A DNA stretch of 64,000 nucleotides from Bacteriovoracaceae bacterium (GTDB lineage: Bacteria > Bdellovibrionota > Bacteriovoracia > Bacteriovoracales > Bacteriovoracaceae). The DNA lies in assembly GCA_018649885.1 (NCBI GenBank), contig JABIHA010000085.1, positions 36,744 through 100,743 on the forward strand, read 5' to 3'. Both the position numbers and the translations under genes were made by a program. The notes under the pieces were generated by a model. The model was not told the DNA's origin and searched no databases. It was given only the letters and a program-made list of their open reading frames with translations. The first letter of the stretch is position 1. Each line of letters starts with the position of its first letter. Shown here one piece after another: positions 9,342 through 20,046 of this stretch.

Positions 9342-11270
9342 GTGGATCAAACGTTGTGGGCACCGTCAGATGAAAGAATTGCTAGCTCTGAGCTAACACG
9401 CTTTCGACAATTTTTATCAAAAAAAGGTCACGGCGAATTTGCTGATTATGAGGAACTTCACAGATTTTCTGTAGAAAAAAATCAATTATTTTGGAGCACA
9501 CTTTTTGAGTTCTATAGTCTTGTTTACTCAGGTGATGTGGACGCAAGTTCAGGTGGAGAGGATTTTCTAAACTACAATTGGTTTGAGGGCGTCAGCCTCA
9601 ATTTTTGTGAAAACCTTTTAGATAAGGGAGACACTAGCAAGACGGCCTTTCAATTCGTCCATGAGTCTGGGCAAAAAAAATCTACTACTTATGGTGAATT
9701 AAGATCCGTTGTGGGCAGCCTTCGCGCTCACCTAGAAAAAAATGTTGGTGTAGGGGACGTAGTTGCGGCCTATATGCCCAATATTCCGCAAACGGTTAGT
9801 ACGATGCTTGCCACTACTGCTCTTGGTGGAATATTCACTTCAACTTCTTGTGACTTTGGAATTGAAGGGGTTCTCGATCGTTTTGGGCAGACACGTCCAA
9901 CTGTTTTAGTAGCGGCGATTAGTTATAGCTACAATGGAAAAATCATTGATCAAACGAGTAAAATTCAAAAAATTATAGAGTCTCTTCCTTCACTCAAAGA
10001 AGTTATTGTGGTGGATTTTTTGGGAGATTATAAGAGTATTCCAGCAGGGATGACTTCTTGGAAAACGGCCACATCACAAAGTGCAGAGCTTACTTTTAAA
10101 AGAGTTCCTTTTTCACATCCTGCTTATATTATGTATTCTTCAGGAACCACAGGAAAGCCGAAGTGTATTGTCCACAGTGTGGGGGGAACACTGCTTCAAC
10201 ACGTAAAGGAGTTGGGCCTTCACAATGATTTAACAAGTGAGAAGTGCATATTTTATTTCACAACTTGTGGGTGGATGATGTGGAATTGGTTGGTAAGCTC
10301 TCTTTATTTTGGAGCTAAAATAGTTCTCTATGAAGGTTCTCCTGCTTGCCCTGACATTACTGTCCTTTTTCAAATGGCCCACGATGAGAAGGTTAATATT
10401 TTTGGCACTAGCCCCAAATTTTTAAAGGCCTTTGAACAAAGTGGACATAAAATACCAGCTGCTCTTGATAGTCTTGAAACAATTTTGTCTACAGGGGCAC
10501 CACTACTTCCAGAACAATATGACTTTGTTTATGAAAATATAAAATCTGATGTAGCACTTAATTCAATTTCAGGTGGAACTGATATTTTAGGATGCTTTTT
10601 GTTAGGCTGCCCTATAAAAAAGGTTAAAAGAGGACAGCTCAGCTGCAAGGGCCTTGGAATGGATGTGGCCTGTGTCTCTGGTGATGGAAAAGAGGTTATA
10701 GGCACTGAAGGCGAGCTCATTTGTAAAAAAAGTTTTCCCTCCCAACCAGTTGGGTTTTGGAAAGACGAGGAGCAAGTAAAATTTAAGGCCGCTTATTTTG
10801 AAAAGTATCCTGGAATTTGGCATCACGGAGATTTTATCCAATTAACAGAGGATGGATACGCCACTGTTTTGGGAAGATCAGATGCTACCTTGAATCCGGG
10901 GGGAGTGAGAATTGGTACTTCTGAAATCTACCGTCAAACTGAAACACTGGCCTATATTGAAGATGGTCTTTGTGTGGGGAAAGAGGTTGAAGGTGAGGTA
11001 CAGGTACTGCTCTTTCTCAAAATGAGAGAAAAAGAAGACCTTAGCGAGCTAAGGGTGAGTGAGATAAAAGGTCTTATAAAGAAGAATACTACTCCTAGGC
11101 ATGTTCCAGCGGCCATTTTTTCAGTACCAGATATTCCTTATACGAGATCTGGTAAGAAAATGGAGATGGCGGTAATGAGAATATTAAATTCCAAGCCACT
11201 GACTAATATAGAGGCAGTCGCTAATCCAACTTCTCTTGAATGGTTTCAAAAATTTAATTGGCCATCGTAG
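9342..11270 (+). CDS. Acetoacetyl-CoA synthetase (AMP-forming acyl-CoA ligase)
   Basis: MDQTLWAPSDERIASSELTRFRQFL matches the acetoacetyl-CoA synthetase N-terminus. YSSGTTGKPK is the AMP-binding motif. Confidence 0.85.
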   Translation: MDQTLWAPSDERIASSELTRFRQFLSKKGHGEFADYEELHRFSVEKNQLFWSTLFEFYSLVYSGDVDASSGGEDFLNYNWFEGVSLNFCENLLDKGDTSKTAFQFVHESGQKKSTTYGELRSVVGSLRAHLEKNVGVGDVVAAYMPNIPQTVSTMLATTALGGIFTSTSCDFGIEGVLDRFGQTRPTVLVAAISYSYNGKIIDQTSKIQKIIESLPSLKEVIVVDFLGDYKSIPAGMTSWKTATSQSAELTFKRVPFSHPAYIMYSSGTTGKPKCIVHSVGGTLLQHVKELGLHNDLTSEKCIFYFTTCGWMMWNWLVSSLYFGAKIVLYEGSPACPDITVLFQMAHDEKVNIFGTSPKFLKAFEQSGHKIPAALDSLETILSTGAPLLPEQYDFVYENIKSDVALNSISGGTDILGCFLLGCPIKKVKRGQLSCKGLGMDVACVSGDGKEVIGTEGELICKKSFPSQPVGFWKDEEQVKFKAAYFEKYPGIWHHGDFIQLTEDGYATVLGRSDATLNPGGVRIGTSEIYRQTETLAYIEDGLCVGKEVEGEVQVLLFLKMREKEDLSELRVSEIKGLIKKNTTPRHVPAAIFSVPDIPYTRSGKKMEMAVMRILNSKPLTNIEAVANPTSLEWFQKFNWPS

Positions 11271-11847
11271 TTGCTTTTAATGAAAGCGGATGTTTTTCTG
11301 ATTTTTGGTAATTCCAGGTAGTGGTAACTTTGCCGTCCTGAGGGTCGACTATGGCATCATAATGATAGGTTCGTCCATCGGGAAGCTGGGTTTTTACAGT
11401 AACTACCTCTCTAAGTAGTCCCTTTTTCCCTCTCATTTGAATTTGAGACTCGATATGCTGGTAGCTAACAATTGTTTTTTCTGGCATTAAATGATTAAGT
11501 TTTTTTTCTAAGAGTGTTTTCCAGTTTTTGTTGTAGCTATTGATGAGTACTAATTTGGTTTTAGGGTCGGTGTAATTCCCTGCACCATTTCCAATAATAA
11601 CTCTTTCTCCTCTTTTTAATTTTTTTACAGGAGCTCTCTTCACGGACGCTGGATTTCGTGTTTTAGGTAGAGCGATACTTGACTCGACAGGAGTATTCGA
11701 TTTTTTGGTAGCACTTGGTTTACTTTTTACCTTTGTGCTTACCTTGGGCTTCTTAATATCTTTACCACTTTGAAAAGCTTGATAGAGGTACAGACTCATG
11801 GCAAGAGTGCTAAATAAAAATGATAATTTGAGGCCTTTAAGTTTCAA
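11254..11847 (-). CDS. Secreted hypothetical protein with a lysine-rich linker
   Basis: Signal-peptide-like N-terminus MKLKGLKLSFLFSTLAMSLYLYQA. Last gene of a three-gene minus-strand cluster. Its stop lies 17 bp inside the convergent acetoacetyl-CoA synthetase 3' end. Confidence 0.55.
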   Translation of the reverse strand: MKLKGLKLSFLFSTLAMSLYLYQAFQSGKDIKKPKVSTKVKSKPSATKKSNTPVESSIALPKTRNPASVKRAPVKKLKRGERVIIGNGAGNYTDPKTKLVLINSYNKNWKTLLEKKLNHLMPEKTIVSYQHIESQIQMRGKKGLLREVVTVKTQLPDGRTYHYDAIVDPQDGKVTTTWNYQKSEKHPLSLKATTMAN

Positions 11848-11856
11848 ATCTACCTC

Positions 11857-14265
11857 TTAGTCTATTACCGTAAATTGAAAATTTATAATTTTGTAAGGAT
11901 CTGCTCCAGAGTATTGGTAATCGAGATAATCATCATTGTCGGCCTGATTTGGATCATGCCAGCAGTCATCACAGTTAGTGAATCTTGCTCTTAGACGGCA
12001 GTTAAATGTGGTTCCCGGAGGTGTCCAAGGTGAGAGCTCAAATAAAATAACATGATTTCCTTTAAGACTCACTCCTGCATCTTCTTCTTCTTCCAATGTT
12101 TCGCCAAAAGTCTTTGAGGCACTAATAACTGGGTAAACGCTAAAGTTAGCACCATCAATTGCCCTTAGGTAGCAATCACTCGTTGAGCTTGATCCTCCTA
12201 GGCATTCACTTGTATCAAGTCCTTGAGAGCTTCTAAACTTATTTTGATCTACCCATTTGGTGTCACTTGTTTCTCTAGATAGAGCAAAGCAAACTGGGGC
12301 CAGAACTTCAGTGACCTCATTTACTTGAGCTCCATTTTCTTTTGTCACATATCCACATTCACCATCAACAGCTGGGATAGCGGCATCAACTGTGGCCGCA
12401 TTTTCACTGGTAAGTGGAAAACTGTCTCCTAGCGTGTTACACATTTTGAACTCGCCACTTTCATACCTAGCGTGGTCCCAATCATTGGCCAGTATTGTAA
12501 CTCCGGCCATATCTGAATTAGATTTGTTTTTTAGATTAATCGCCATGCCAAAGACTTCGCCAGGGGAAGGTTTTGAGTTTCCATTATTGTAAGATAGATC
12601 TCCTGGTATCAAAGAGGAGATATTAGTTATCCTCCCGGAGGCCTTTAAAGTGGTAACAAAATCATAAACACTTTGCTGCTCATCTACAATATAGGCCTGA
12701 GTAGTGCCATCAGTGGGAAGTTCAATCAGCTCTTTTGCAATCAGTTTTGTATAAATTCTGTTAACAGCTGATACTGCATTGATAGTTCCATCATTTCCAT
12801 AGGAGACAGAACCCGCGAAGTCGTATCCGTTACCATCTTCATTAAATGTCTTAAATAGTAGAAGACCGTACATATCAAGTCTTTGCTCAATGAGATCTTG
12901 GGTCATGCAACTTCCGAATCTTGCTAAAACATTTTTTCCAAAGGTTTGAAAGAATCGTCTAAAGCCTCCAGGTCTAATTACAGTCGCCCATAGTTTGGCA
13001 GAAGCTGAATCTGTATTGAGATTGACATGGTTTGAATAAGTTGAATATGGATAAATGCCTGTTACATCAGAATCTTTAGTTGTTAAATCGCCAATCTCAC
13101 TAAGGCTTTCAGTAATCATATAGACAACATCTTTTTGCGCTCCGGAGAGATCTTTATTACAATAACTTTGAAGGTCTCCGGTTAACGCTACAAAGTAGTG
13201 AGAGGCGATCATTCCAGTTAAATGTAAATCCTCAATGGGATTTTCATTGTAGTAGGGATCATATCTCACATAGGTTGGATAACTCAGTCTTTTGTCGGGA
13301 TCAGAGTTAATACCAGATACATGTCTTGAATCACTTTCAATTAACGGACGCGAGAGGTTGAAAAATCTTCCCAGGGCCCATTCACCAACATGGGTTCTGT
13401 CGTTCATTATATAGCTAAAATAGTCCGCGATTCCTTCATTGATGGCACCTGGCTCATCATACATTCTGATGCCGAAATCAACTCTTTCAGTGATACTTGA
13501 ATCCACGACGTTTCTCATATTAGACATTATTTGAACATAACCATGACCAAATTCGTGATAAACAACTGAAGGGTCAGTCGCAAATTTTAATCCAGGCGTT
13601 TCAACACTCGTTCCAAACGTAACGGTGAAGGTACTTGGGGTAAAAAAAGCGTTGTCACCACTATAGCCCTCAGAATAGGCAATCAATTGTTTTTGATCAT
13701 ACCAAAATCCGTATCCTGAATATAGTGTTGTAGGAATGGAGCTGGCATATGAGCTTGCAGTAAGTCCTGACTGTGAAGCTCCGTAAGAGTAAGAAAGGGC
13801 CGCAAGAAAATTGTCCACTCCCTTATTCATATGACCCATAGTATGGGTTTGAAGCCACTTAGAATTTTCTGTATCTGGGCTGTAGGCCCATCTCCCATTG
13901 AGTGGGTAAAGTGGAGTAGATGTATTTGTTTGCAAAACCTTGTAGCAATTTTGAATAGTATAAGAACTTCCAGTACAGCTAGAACTTAAGGTTCCAGTAT
14001 TTGAAATAAAGTCTTGATCTGATATCAGAAATTGTGCAAGACTTACCCCTGCAGGTAGCGTCCAGTCATAACCTGATAATACAATAGGGTTATCTGTTAA
14101 AACTCTACCATAACCTGAATTTAGAGACGATTCACTATTTGTTTGATGGGAATTATCATTTTTTCTCTTGCTGGCGCCATCGTTTGAAAAGGGAAGGCAC
14201 GAGCAAAGAACAACACCTAGTGCAAGTAGCTTTAGTGAATGTAATCCCGCATTAACGTACCACAC
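11857..14265 (-). CDS. Secreted zinc metalloprotease, thermolysin-like (M4-like)
   Basis: VVYHEFGHGYV (HExxH) followed by GAINEGIADYFSY, which resembles the thermolysin GAINEAISDIFG third-ligand region. N-terminal hydrophobic signal. Confidence 0.7.
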   Translation of the reverse strand: MWYVNAGLHSLKLLALGVVLCSCLPFSNDGASKRKNDNSHQTNSESSLNSGYGRVLTDNPIVLSGYDWTLPAGVSLAQFLISDQDFISNTGTLSSSCTGSSYTIQNCYKVLQTNTSTPLYPLNGRWAYSPDTENSKWLQTHTMGHMNKGVDNFLAALSYSYGASQSGLTASSYASSIPTTLYSGYGFWYDQKQLIAYSEGYSGDNAFFTPSTFTVTFGTSVETPGLKFATDPSVVYHEFGHGYVQIMSNMRNVVDSSITERVDFGIRMYDEPGAINEGIADYFSYIMNDRTHVGEWALGRFFNLSRPLIESDSRHVSGINSDPDKRLSYPTYVRYDPYYNENPIEDLHLTGMIASHYFVALTGDLQSYCNKDLSGAQKDVVYMITESLSEIGDLTTKDSDVTGIYPYSTYSNHVNLNTDSASAKLWATVIRPGGFRRFFQTFGKNVLARFGSCMTQDLIEQRLDMYGLLLFKTFNEDGNGYDFAGSVSYGNDGTINAVSAVNRIYTKLIAKELIELPTDGTTQAYIVDEQQSVYDFVTTLKASGRITNISSLIPGDLSYNNGNSKPSPGEVFGMAINLKNKSNSDMAGVTILANDWDHARYESGEFKMCNTLGDSFPLTSENAATVDAAIPAVDGECGYVTKENGAQVNEVTEVLAPVCFALSRETSDTKWVDQNKFRSSQGLDTSECLGGSSSTSDCYLRAIDGANFSVYPVISASKTFGETLEEEEDAGVSLKGNHVILFELSPWTPPGTTFNCRLRARFTNCDDCWHDPNQADNDDYLDYQYSGADPYKIINFQFTVID

Positions 14266-14285
14266 GTTTTATAACCTATTTCCTA

Positions 14286-17200
14286 TCAATTGGAGTCATC
14301 TGTTGACTCTGTTAATGAACCTGATCTAAGCCCAGAAAAGTCTAAATCATCCACAAGTGACTCTGTTAGTATTCCCGTATTTGTTCTTCCACACTCAGTG
14401 GGAAGTCCTATTTCACCCATAGAAAAGCTTGAGGCCAAGCTTCCTCTTTTTACTTCATTTAGTATTTGGTTATGTCTTGAATAAGCTTTTACGATGTCAT
14501 CAGCCAAATGAGTATTTGAAACTCCAGCCGGAGTTCGCAAATTATTAAATGCATCTCCAACTGGGTCTAATTCTTGTTCAACTCCAGCACTTTCACCTCC
14601 ATTTGGATTAAAGACAACTTTTGATGAAGCACCTTGGGCTTCATCTTCAAAATCATTACAAATCAATTTAACTTGGCTTGCTTTATCGTTTCCACTACCA
14701 ACTTTTTTATTCATCTCATGAATAGTTATTGCGTAGGCAAGCACATCTGTATCGCCAAGGTTGTCCTTATCTAATAAATCATCCTCTAGATCATTATTTC
14801 CGCCACTTAAATATGTAGAAAGCTCATCTTTGTCTACTTTTCCATCGAGATGTCCTGCAAGAATATCGAGAGCATCTTTTGTCATTGAATCGTAGTGTCC
14901 CATTTTACAAAATGATACAAAATCATCGCCATTTATATCTTCAGGACTTTCAATTCTTAGGTTGACGTCAGTTTCGTCGGCTTCACCGTAAGCACCTTGA
15001 CAGTAGGCCCCAAATTTTGAAATCCATGCAGATGTTGCAGGATTTCCACAGCCCATTCCGGTATTGCCTTCTAGATTGGTGATGGCCGCAAGATCTGTGG
15101 ACAGAGATTCTGCAACTTCTTCGCAACCTGGAGAGAATCCTGCTATTGCTTTTTGGCACATTCCGTATTGTATTTGCTGACAATTTGAGTCTTGTGCCAC
15201 TCGCATTTTTTCGTCGCCTTCAAATTTTGATAATAATCCATTACACTGTTCGGCGATTTCATCCCACTGAGAGATATTGCCTTCGTAAACTGAATTGAGC
15301 TCAGTCATTTCATCAGTGACTTTAGTTTCAATGAGAGCAATTTGAGCATCGAATCCTTTTTCGATTTCGACCCAATTACTTGCGATGGTATCTTTGTTGA
15401 GCCAGTCAAATTTTGCCGGGTCACCACCGCCAGCGATTTTGAGATCGCCCAAATCTTTATCTTTGTCGACTTCCGGCTGCTTAATAATAAGTCCTACAGG
15501 TAGCTCTTCAGATAGCTCTTCAGAGAAAGCGGTATCATTTCTTAGCTTTGTTGATTTAATACTGAATCTTAGCTGAGTGTTAATCATGCCATAGGTGGCC
15601 TTTAGTCTTTCAAGTTCTCTATCCCTATCGATAAAGAGTTGGTCAAAGGCCTCATTGTAGATTTTGGCCATATTTACTTTGCTTTCTTCGCGCTCTTCAA
15701 TATAGCCTGTAACCTTATTTGAACAGGCCTTAATATTTGAAGCACACTGATCAGAGTGCTTAAAGCAAAAGTTTGCTGAGCTTGGTTGAATATTGGCATC
15801 CGCGCAACTTGTGGAGTTGTAATTTTTGCTGCTATTAACAGTTCCTGTACAGTTTAGAACATCACTTAAAAGATCATCTCTAAATTGAGTGCCAATAGAA
15901 GTATAACTACTTCTTAGGGTATCAAGTCTTTTAGTCGCATTTGCAATATAATCTTTAGGAGACATTTCGCCGCCGGCCTTAGTGGAATATTGTCTTCTAC
16001 ATGTCGAGTTCTTTATTCCAGTAAGATATTTTGATACTTTTGTTCCGCCTGGTTTGTCCATGAGTCGAATTTTGATACCACGCTTTTGATGGTCTTTTTC
16101 AATTCCCTTAATTTGTTCGATTTTTTCATCTAGGTTGAGATCACTAGAGAGAATATTTTCCAGAAGGTTTTTAAACTCACCCTTTCCTGATGCATACTGG
16201 GTACCTGCGCCTGGCTGTTCGATGTTATTATATAATGTGTCGTAGCCATATTTTCCGTTTGATGCAGATGAAACAGTCTTTCTTAAGCAGCTTTCATACC
16301 ACTGACTTTCATAGTAATCCGCATCTTTTATGGCAACTTCAGCATCACTAATAAAATCTTTTCCGAATTCAAGCTGAGTTCTTGTTCGTACTTTTGCATT
16401 TCCAAGATAAGAATTAATTGTTTGAAGCTCTGTTTGCATATCACTGGCAGTCTCATTGAAATTAGTCATATGGGTTTGAATGCTGCCGAATGTATTTTCC
16501 GTAGAAAATATAGGTTTCTCGGTCATTGCCTGGGCAAGCCCTGCAGGACCATTTTTGTCATAATATCTAGAAAGCTCTCCCACTTGTTCTCTAAAAATTT
16601 GCTCATTGGCAGCTCTTCCATCAATTAACTCTTGCGCCATGGCCTTTTTTGGTGAAATTTCACTTTCCATATTGGTAAGACCGCCACCTTTTAGGGCGTC
16701 TTTTATTTGATCTGTTGTATAAGCACTTTTACAATTAGCATCTTGCAAATCTCTCGCTAATTTTCTGGTCTGTGAAGCTGTCAGCCCCTCGCCAGTAATT
16801 TCTGCTTGAACATCTTTCATTTGGTCATACATCTTAGATGCTTCACGCTTAAACATTTCATCCATCTTGGAAATATAATCAACTTGATCCTTAAGCATTT
16901 TTTTGAATCTTTTAACATCACTTACAGCTTTTTGGGCCAGATTTTCCATGCATTTTAAGCCTGAAGCTGTAGCTTGAGTGGATTTACCCTCACCTTCATT
17001 CATTAAGAAATTCTTATAGTATTCAGCATTGCTACTGGCCTTTTGCATTTGGGCCTCAAGTAGCATGGCCTCAGAAGCGTTTGTTGGAGGAAGTTCTGCC
17101 GGACACCAATTAGGTGACTCTAAGTGGGTGACAGGCATTCTACAAAGACCAAATACAGGATCAACTGCAGGGGCGCCCGACTTTGAATTAAGATTTTCTG

Positions 17201-17459
17201 AAAGATACTGGGCATCGTACTGCATGAGTTGTTGCTGTACCATCTGTGCCTGCATCGCTTGTTGGCGGGCCTGCATTGCCTGGTCGAAGATCTGTCCGCC
17301 AGCTCCAATTACTTGGGCAAAACCATCTACATTAATGTCTGTAGTTTGGACATCATCGTCATCATCATCGCCGGCCCAAACATTGAGGGGTCCGAGCATC
17401 ATTGTGGCCACAAGGAGTGAATTTAAAATGTCTTTAAAAAGTAGTTTTAGCATTTTCAT
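14286..17459 (-). CDS. Large secreted acidic/Gln-rich coiled-coil protein (about 1057 aa)
   Basis: Signal peptide MKMLKLLFKDILNSLLVATMMLGPLNVWA, then a DDDDDD run and a Q/M-rich segment (QAMQARQQAMQAQMVQQQLMQ). Start taken at the ATG of MKML. No catalytic motif recognised. Confidence 0.65.
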   Translation of the reverse strand: MKMLKLLFKDILNSLLVATMMLGPLNVWAGDDDDDDVQTTDINVDGFAQVIGAGGQIFDQAMQARQQAMQAQMVQQQLMQYDAQYLSENLNSKSGAPAVDPVFGLCRMPVTHLESPNWCPAELPPTNASEAMLLEAQMQKASSNAEYYKNFLMNEGEGKSTQATASGLKCMENLAQKAVSDVKRFKKMLKDQVDYISKMDEMFKREASKMYDQMKDVQAEITGEGLTASQTRKLARDLQDANCKSAYTTDQIKDALKGGGLTNMESEISPKKAMAQELIDGRAANEQIFREQVGELSRYYDKNGPAGLAQAMTEKPIFSTENTFGSIQTHMTNFNETASDMQTELQTINSYLGNAKVRTRTQLEFGKDFISDAEVAIKDADYYESQWYESCLRKTVSSASNGKYGYDTLYNNIEQPGAGTQYASGKGEFKNLLENILSSDLNLDEKIEQIKGIEKDHQKRGIKIRLMDKPGGTKVSKYLTGIKNSTCRRQYSTKAGGEMSPKDYIANATKRLDTLRSSYTSIGTQFRDDLLSDVLNCTGTVNSSKNYNSTSCADANIQPSSANFCFKHSDQCASNIKACSNKVTGYIEEREESKVNMAKIYNEAFDQLFIDRDRELERLKATYGMINTQLRFSIKSTKLRNDTAFSEELSEELPVGLIIKQPEVDKDKDLGDLKIAGGGDPAKFDWLNKDTIASNWVEIEKGFDAQIALIETKVTDEMTELNSVYEGNISQWDEIAEQCNGLLSKFEGDEKMRVAQDSNCQQIQYGMCQKAIAGFSPGCEEVAESLSTDLAAITNLEGNTGMGCGNPATSAWISKFGAYCQGAYGEADETDVNLRIESPEDINGDDFVSFCKMGHYDSMTKDALDILAGHLDGKVDKDELSTYLSGGNNDLEDDLLDKDNLGDTDVLAYAITIHEMNKKVGSGNDKASQVKLICNDFEDEAQGASSKVVFNPNGGESAGVEQELDPVGDAFNNLRTPAGVSNTHLADDIVKAYSRHNQILNEVKRGSLASSFSMGEIGLPTECGRTNTGILTESLVDDLDFSGLRSGSLTESTDDSN

Positions 17460-17724
17460 AGTCCGCTCTAAATACTTGTTTCTCAAGTAACCATCGACAA
17501 AACGCACCTAATACTTGAGCTTTTTAAACTGTCTTTGAACTATTTTAATTTAATTTAGGCATTTGCGGCGCTGAAATCCTAAAATCGCCTAAAACAGTTG
17601 GCAATTACCTATGCTCAAAAGTAAGATTAAACATAAGCATCTATAATATTTAGAGTTTAGAAGGCCCAATAAATATTATTGAGTACAAGGGCCTTGTGCC
17701 CACAAAACATGACACAACAAAGCG

Positions 17725-20046
17725 GTGGATTTTTTGAGCGAAGGACATGATCTTTATTTAGAGGTTATTGGACCCAAAAAAAGCTCCCTTTTGGGAAAGT
17801 TCTATCCTCTTAAGGATAAGGCACTTATTGGCTTTAGTAGTGGATCTGTTAAAATCCCAGGTGATGAAATTGAAAATCCTCATTGTACAATTAAAATCGA
17901 TGAGGGGATCGTCTCAATTGTTGGCCATGCCAAATCTTCTATAACTAAAGTCGCAGGAAAAAAAATTCCCTCAGGCAGAATGATTTTGCTGGAAATTGGA
18001 GACAAAATCCAATTGGGCCAGGTCAATTTTAAGCTTGTCCTAAAAGATCAAAGCCTTGAAGAAAAGATGTCTCAAAAGCTTGATGCTGCAAAACTTTCAG
18101 TACTCTCTGCAGGGGAGGCGGCCACTCAGGCCACTGCCCATATGTCACAAATAAAAGAAGCAAGCTTAGATGATCTAGAAGAACTAGATCAGGCAGCAAA
18201 AGGGAAGAAGTCTTTTTTCTCCAAAATCTTTAAAACTAAACAAGAGCGTGCCCAAATAAAACAAGCAAAGCTTGAGGCAAAAAAAGCTATAGAAGAAGAG
18301 AAGAAAAAAAAGTTAGAAGAGGCCAAAGCTAAGAAAGACCAGAAAAAGAATAAAAAGAGTGAACCAAAGGCCAGTAAACGCTCATCAAAAATAGATGTTC
18401 AAGGTGGAGTTTCCAGTACTGCTTGGTTTCCTGAAAGACTAATTTCTAATCTATGTGACCTTCTCATTGCTATTAATATATTTCAATACCTGATGCAGTT
18501 TCCATGGTTTGTGAGAGAGTTTGCAAAGATTGAAACCATCTCTTTACTAGAGATGGCAAAAAATATCTCCCAGCTTAAAGAGCTTCCAAATCTTGATCCT
18601 GCTCTTGTGATGGGGGCGATGTCGGTAATCACCCTTTATTTTGCTCACCGCTTTGCCATGACTTTGATATTTGGAGTCAGTTTAGGCCAATTTGTTTTTG
18701 GAATTAGAGGCACAGGAGGTTTCCTATGGAACCGAATCGGTGGTGGACTAAGGGTGATAATAGAATCTCTTACTTCACAATTTTTGATTTTTGATTTGCC
18801 CGTTCTCTTTAGGATTAGAACCCTTAAAGAAATTCTGACAAGTACACAACTAGCACTGCAATCAAAGCTGATGATGATTTTTGGATTAGTATTCATCACA
18901 TTCATGTTTGTGGGGATGGCCATCATTCCATTTGGGATTGATCCTAGTTTTAATGAAGCTATTGAGGCCAAGGTTTACCGTGTTCCCAAAACCAAAATTA
19001 AAGGTGAGCTAGCAAGGATCAGCTCAAATAGGTACAAGCTAACAACTGCTGTTCCTAGAAAGAAAGACTTTATCGTTTTCCCTATTTTTTCTATTACTAA
19101 GAAAAAAAGTAAGAGCAAAATTGAGCCTCGAATCTCTATTTATGATTTTAAAAGAAAGGTAAGAGGTGAGTTTTCAACGAAAAAAAGTTTTTCCTTATAT
19201 GGTTTTATTAAGGCCGTGACCAGAGGGAATTTTGTCTATCCCCTTAGATATCCTAAAACAATGGGCTACCTTGTTAATGGTGATTTTGGAAAGGACAACC
19301 TTAAGTCAATTCCAGTGCCAGTGGGTGCTGAAATAGCAGATATGGTACGGGGGTCACTAAAATTTTCTTTGGGCCATTTGCAAGATAGTATTTTTTCTCT
19401 AGAACCATTTATGTTTTCTGGCTACTTGAATGGAAAAAAATATCTCTTAGAAGAATTTCCATCTTCTGCGGGAGTTTCTGCAGATTTTATAACTCTAGGG
19501 GATACTCAGTTTTTGAGAATTTATAAGAGCAATCCTGTATTTAAAGGAAAGTCGAAGCTCACAAGTTACTTCTATTACCCATTATCAGCTCTAACGAGCA
19601 GAGTCTTTGAAATGAAATTTCCTGAAACAAAGCCTGGGAAGAAAGCTGAATCTGTGTTTTTACATCATTTCTTTAATAAGGCCCATTTCGATTTTTCCAA
19701 AAAACTTAAAGAACCAGATAGTCTAAGTCCACTCACAATTGTTGATAAATTTGCAATAACCAAATTAAATCCCGCTGAAAGAAAATCTATTGATGATTAC
19801 ACCTATCAGTATTTTTACAATATATGTACACAAGTTCTCAGTAAATCAAAAGAAGCCGAGGATGAGGATGACGAGAGTTTTCCTGGACTCAGAAAAGATC
19901 TTGAAAAATCACTTATGTCTCTTGTAAACGTAAATGAGCTGATGGGAAAAAAATTGGGAAGTGGTAGGGAAGAGTTCGTAAACTCTGTGAAACAGCTCCA
20001 ATTGGCATTTTCTGAATCCAATTATGAGTACTTTGGTATTGAATGA
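17725..20046 (+). CDS. Membrane protein with an FHA-like N-terminal domain and a charged coiled-coil linker
   Basis: The N-terminal 100 aa resemble an FHA fold (GFSSGSVKIPGDEIENPHCTIKIDEGIVSIVGHAKSSITKVAGKKI). It has a KKAIEEEKKKKLEEAKAKKDQKK linker and several hydrophobic segments. Confidence 0.55.
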   Translation: MDFLSEGHDLYLEVIGPKKSSLLGKFYPLKDKALIGFSSGSVKIPGDEIENPHCTIKIDEGIVSIVGHAKSSITKVAGKKIPSGRMILLEIGDKIQLGQVNFKLVLKDQSLEEKMSQKLDAAKLSVLSAGEAATQATAHMSQIKEASLDDLEELDQAAKGKKSFFSKIFKTKQERAQIKQAKLEAKKAIEEEKKKKLEEAKAKKDQKKNKKSEPKASKRSSKIDVQGGVSSTAWFPERLISNLCDLLIAINIFQYLMQFPWFVREFAKIETISLLEMAKNISQLKELPNLDPALVMGAMSVITLYFAHRFAMTLIFGVSLGQFVFGIRGTGGFLWNRIGGGLRVIIESLTSQFLIFDLPVLFRIRTLKEILTSTQLALQSKLMMIFGLVFITFMFVGMAIIPFGIDPSFNEAIEAKVYRVPKTKIKGELARISSNRYKLTTAVPRKKDFIVFPIFSITKKKSKSKIEPRISIYDFKRKVRGEFSTKKSFSLYGFIKAVTRGNFVYPLRYPKTMGYLVNGDFGKDNLKSIPVPVGAEIADMVRGSLKFSLGHLQDSIFSLEPFMFSGYLNGKKYLLEEFPSSAGVSADFITLGDTQFLRIYKSNPVFKGKSKLTSYFYYPLSALTSRVFEMKFPETKPGKKAESVFLHHFFNKAHFDFSKKLKEPDSLSPLTIVDKFAITKLNPAERKSIDDYTYQYFYNICTQVLSKSKEAEDEDDESFPGLRKDLEKSLMSLVNVNELMGKKLGSGREEFVNSVKQLQLAFSESNYEYFGIE

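Noticed and set aside
17508-17724. Possible small RNA or hairpin (AAGGCCC...GGGCCTT with a 20-nt loop) in the divergent region upstream of the FHA-like gene.
   Set aside because: The stem is short and the loop long. It is more plausibly ordinary promoter DNA, with TATAAT at about 17653. Not enough support to call a feature.
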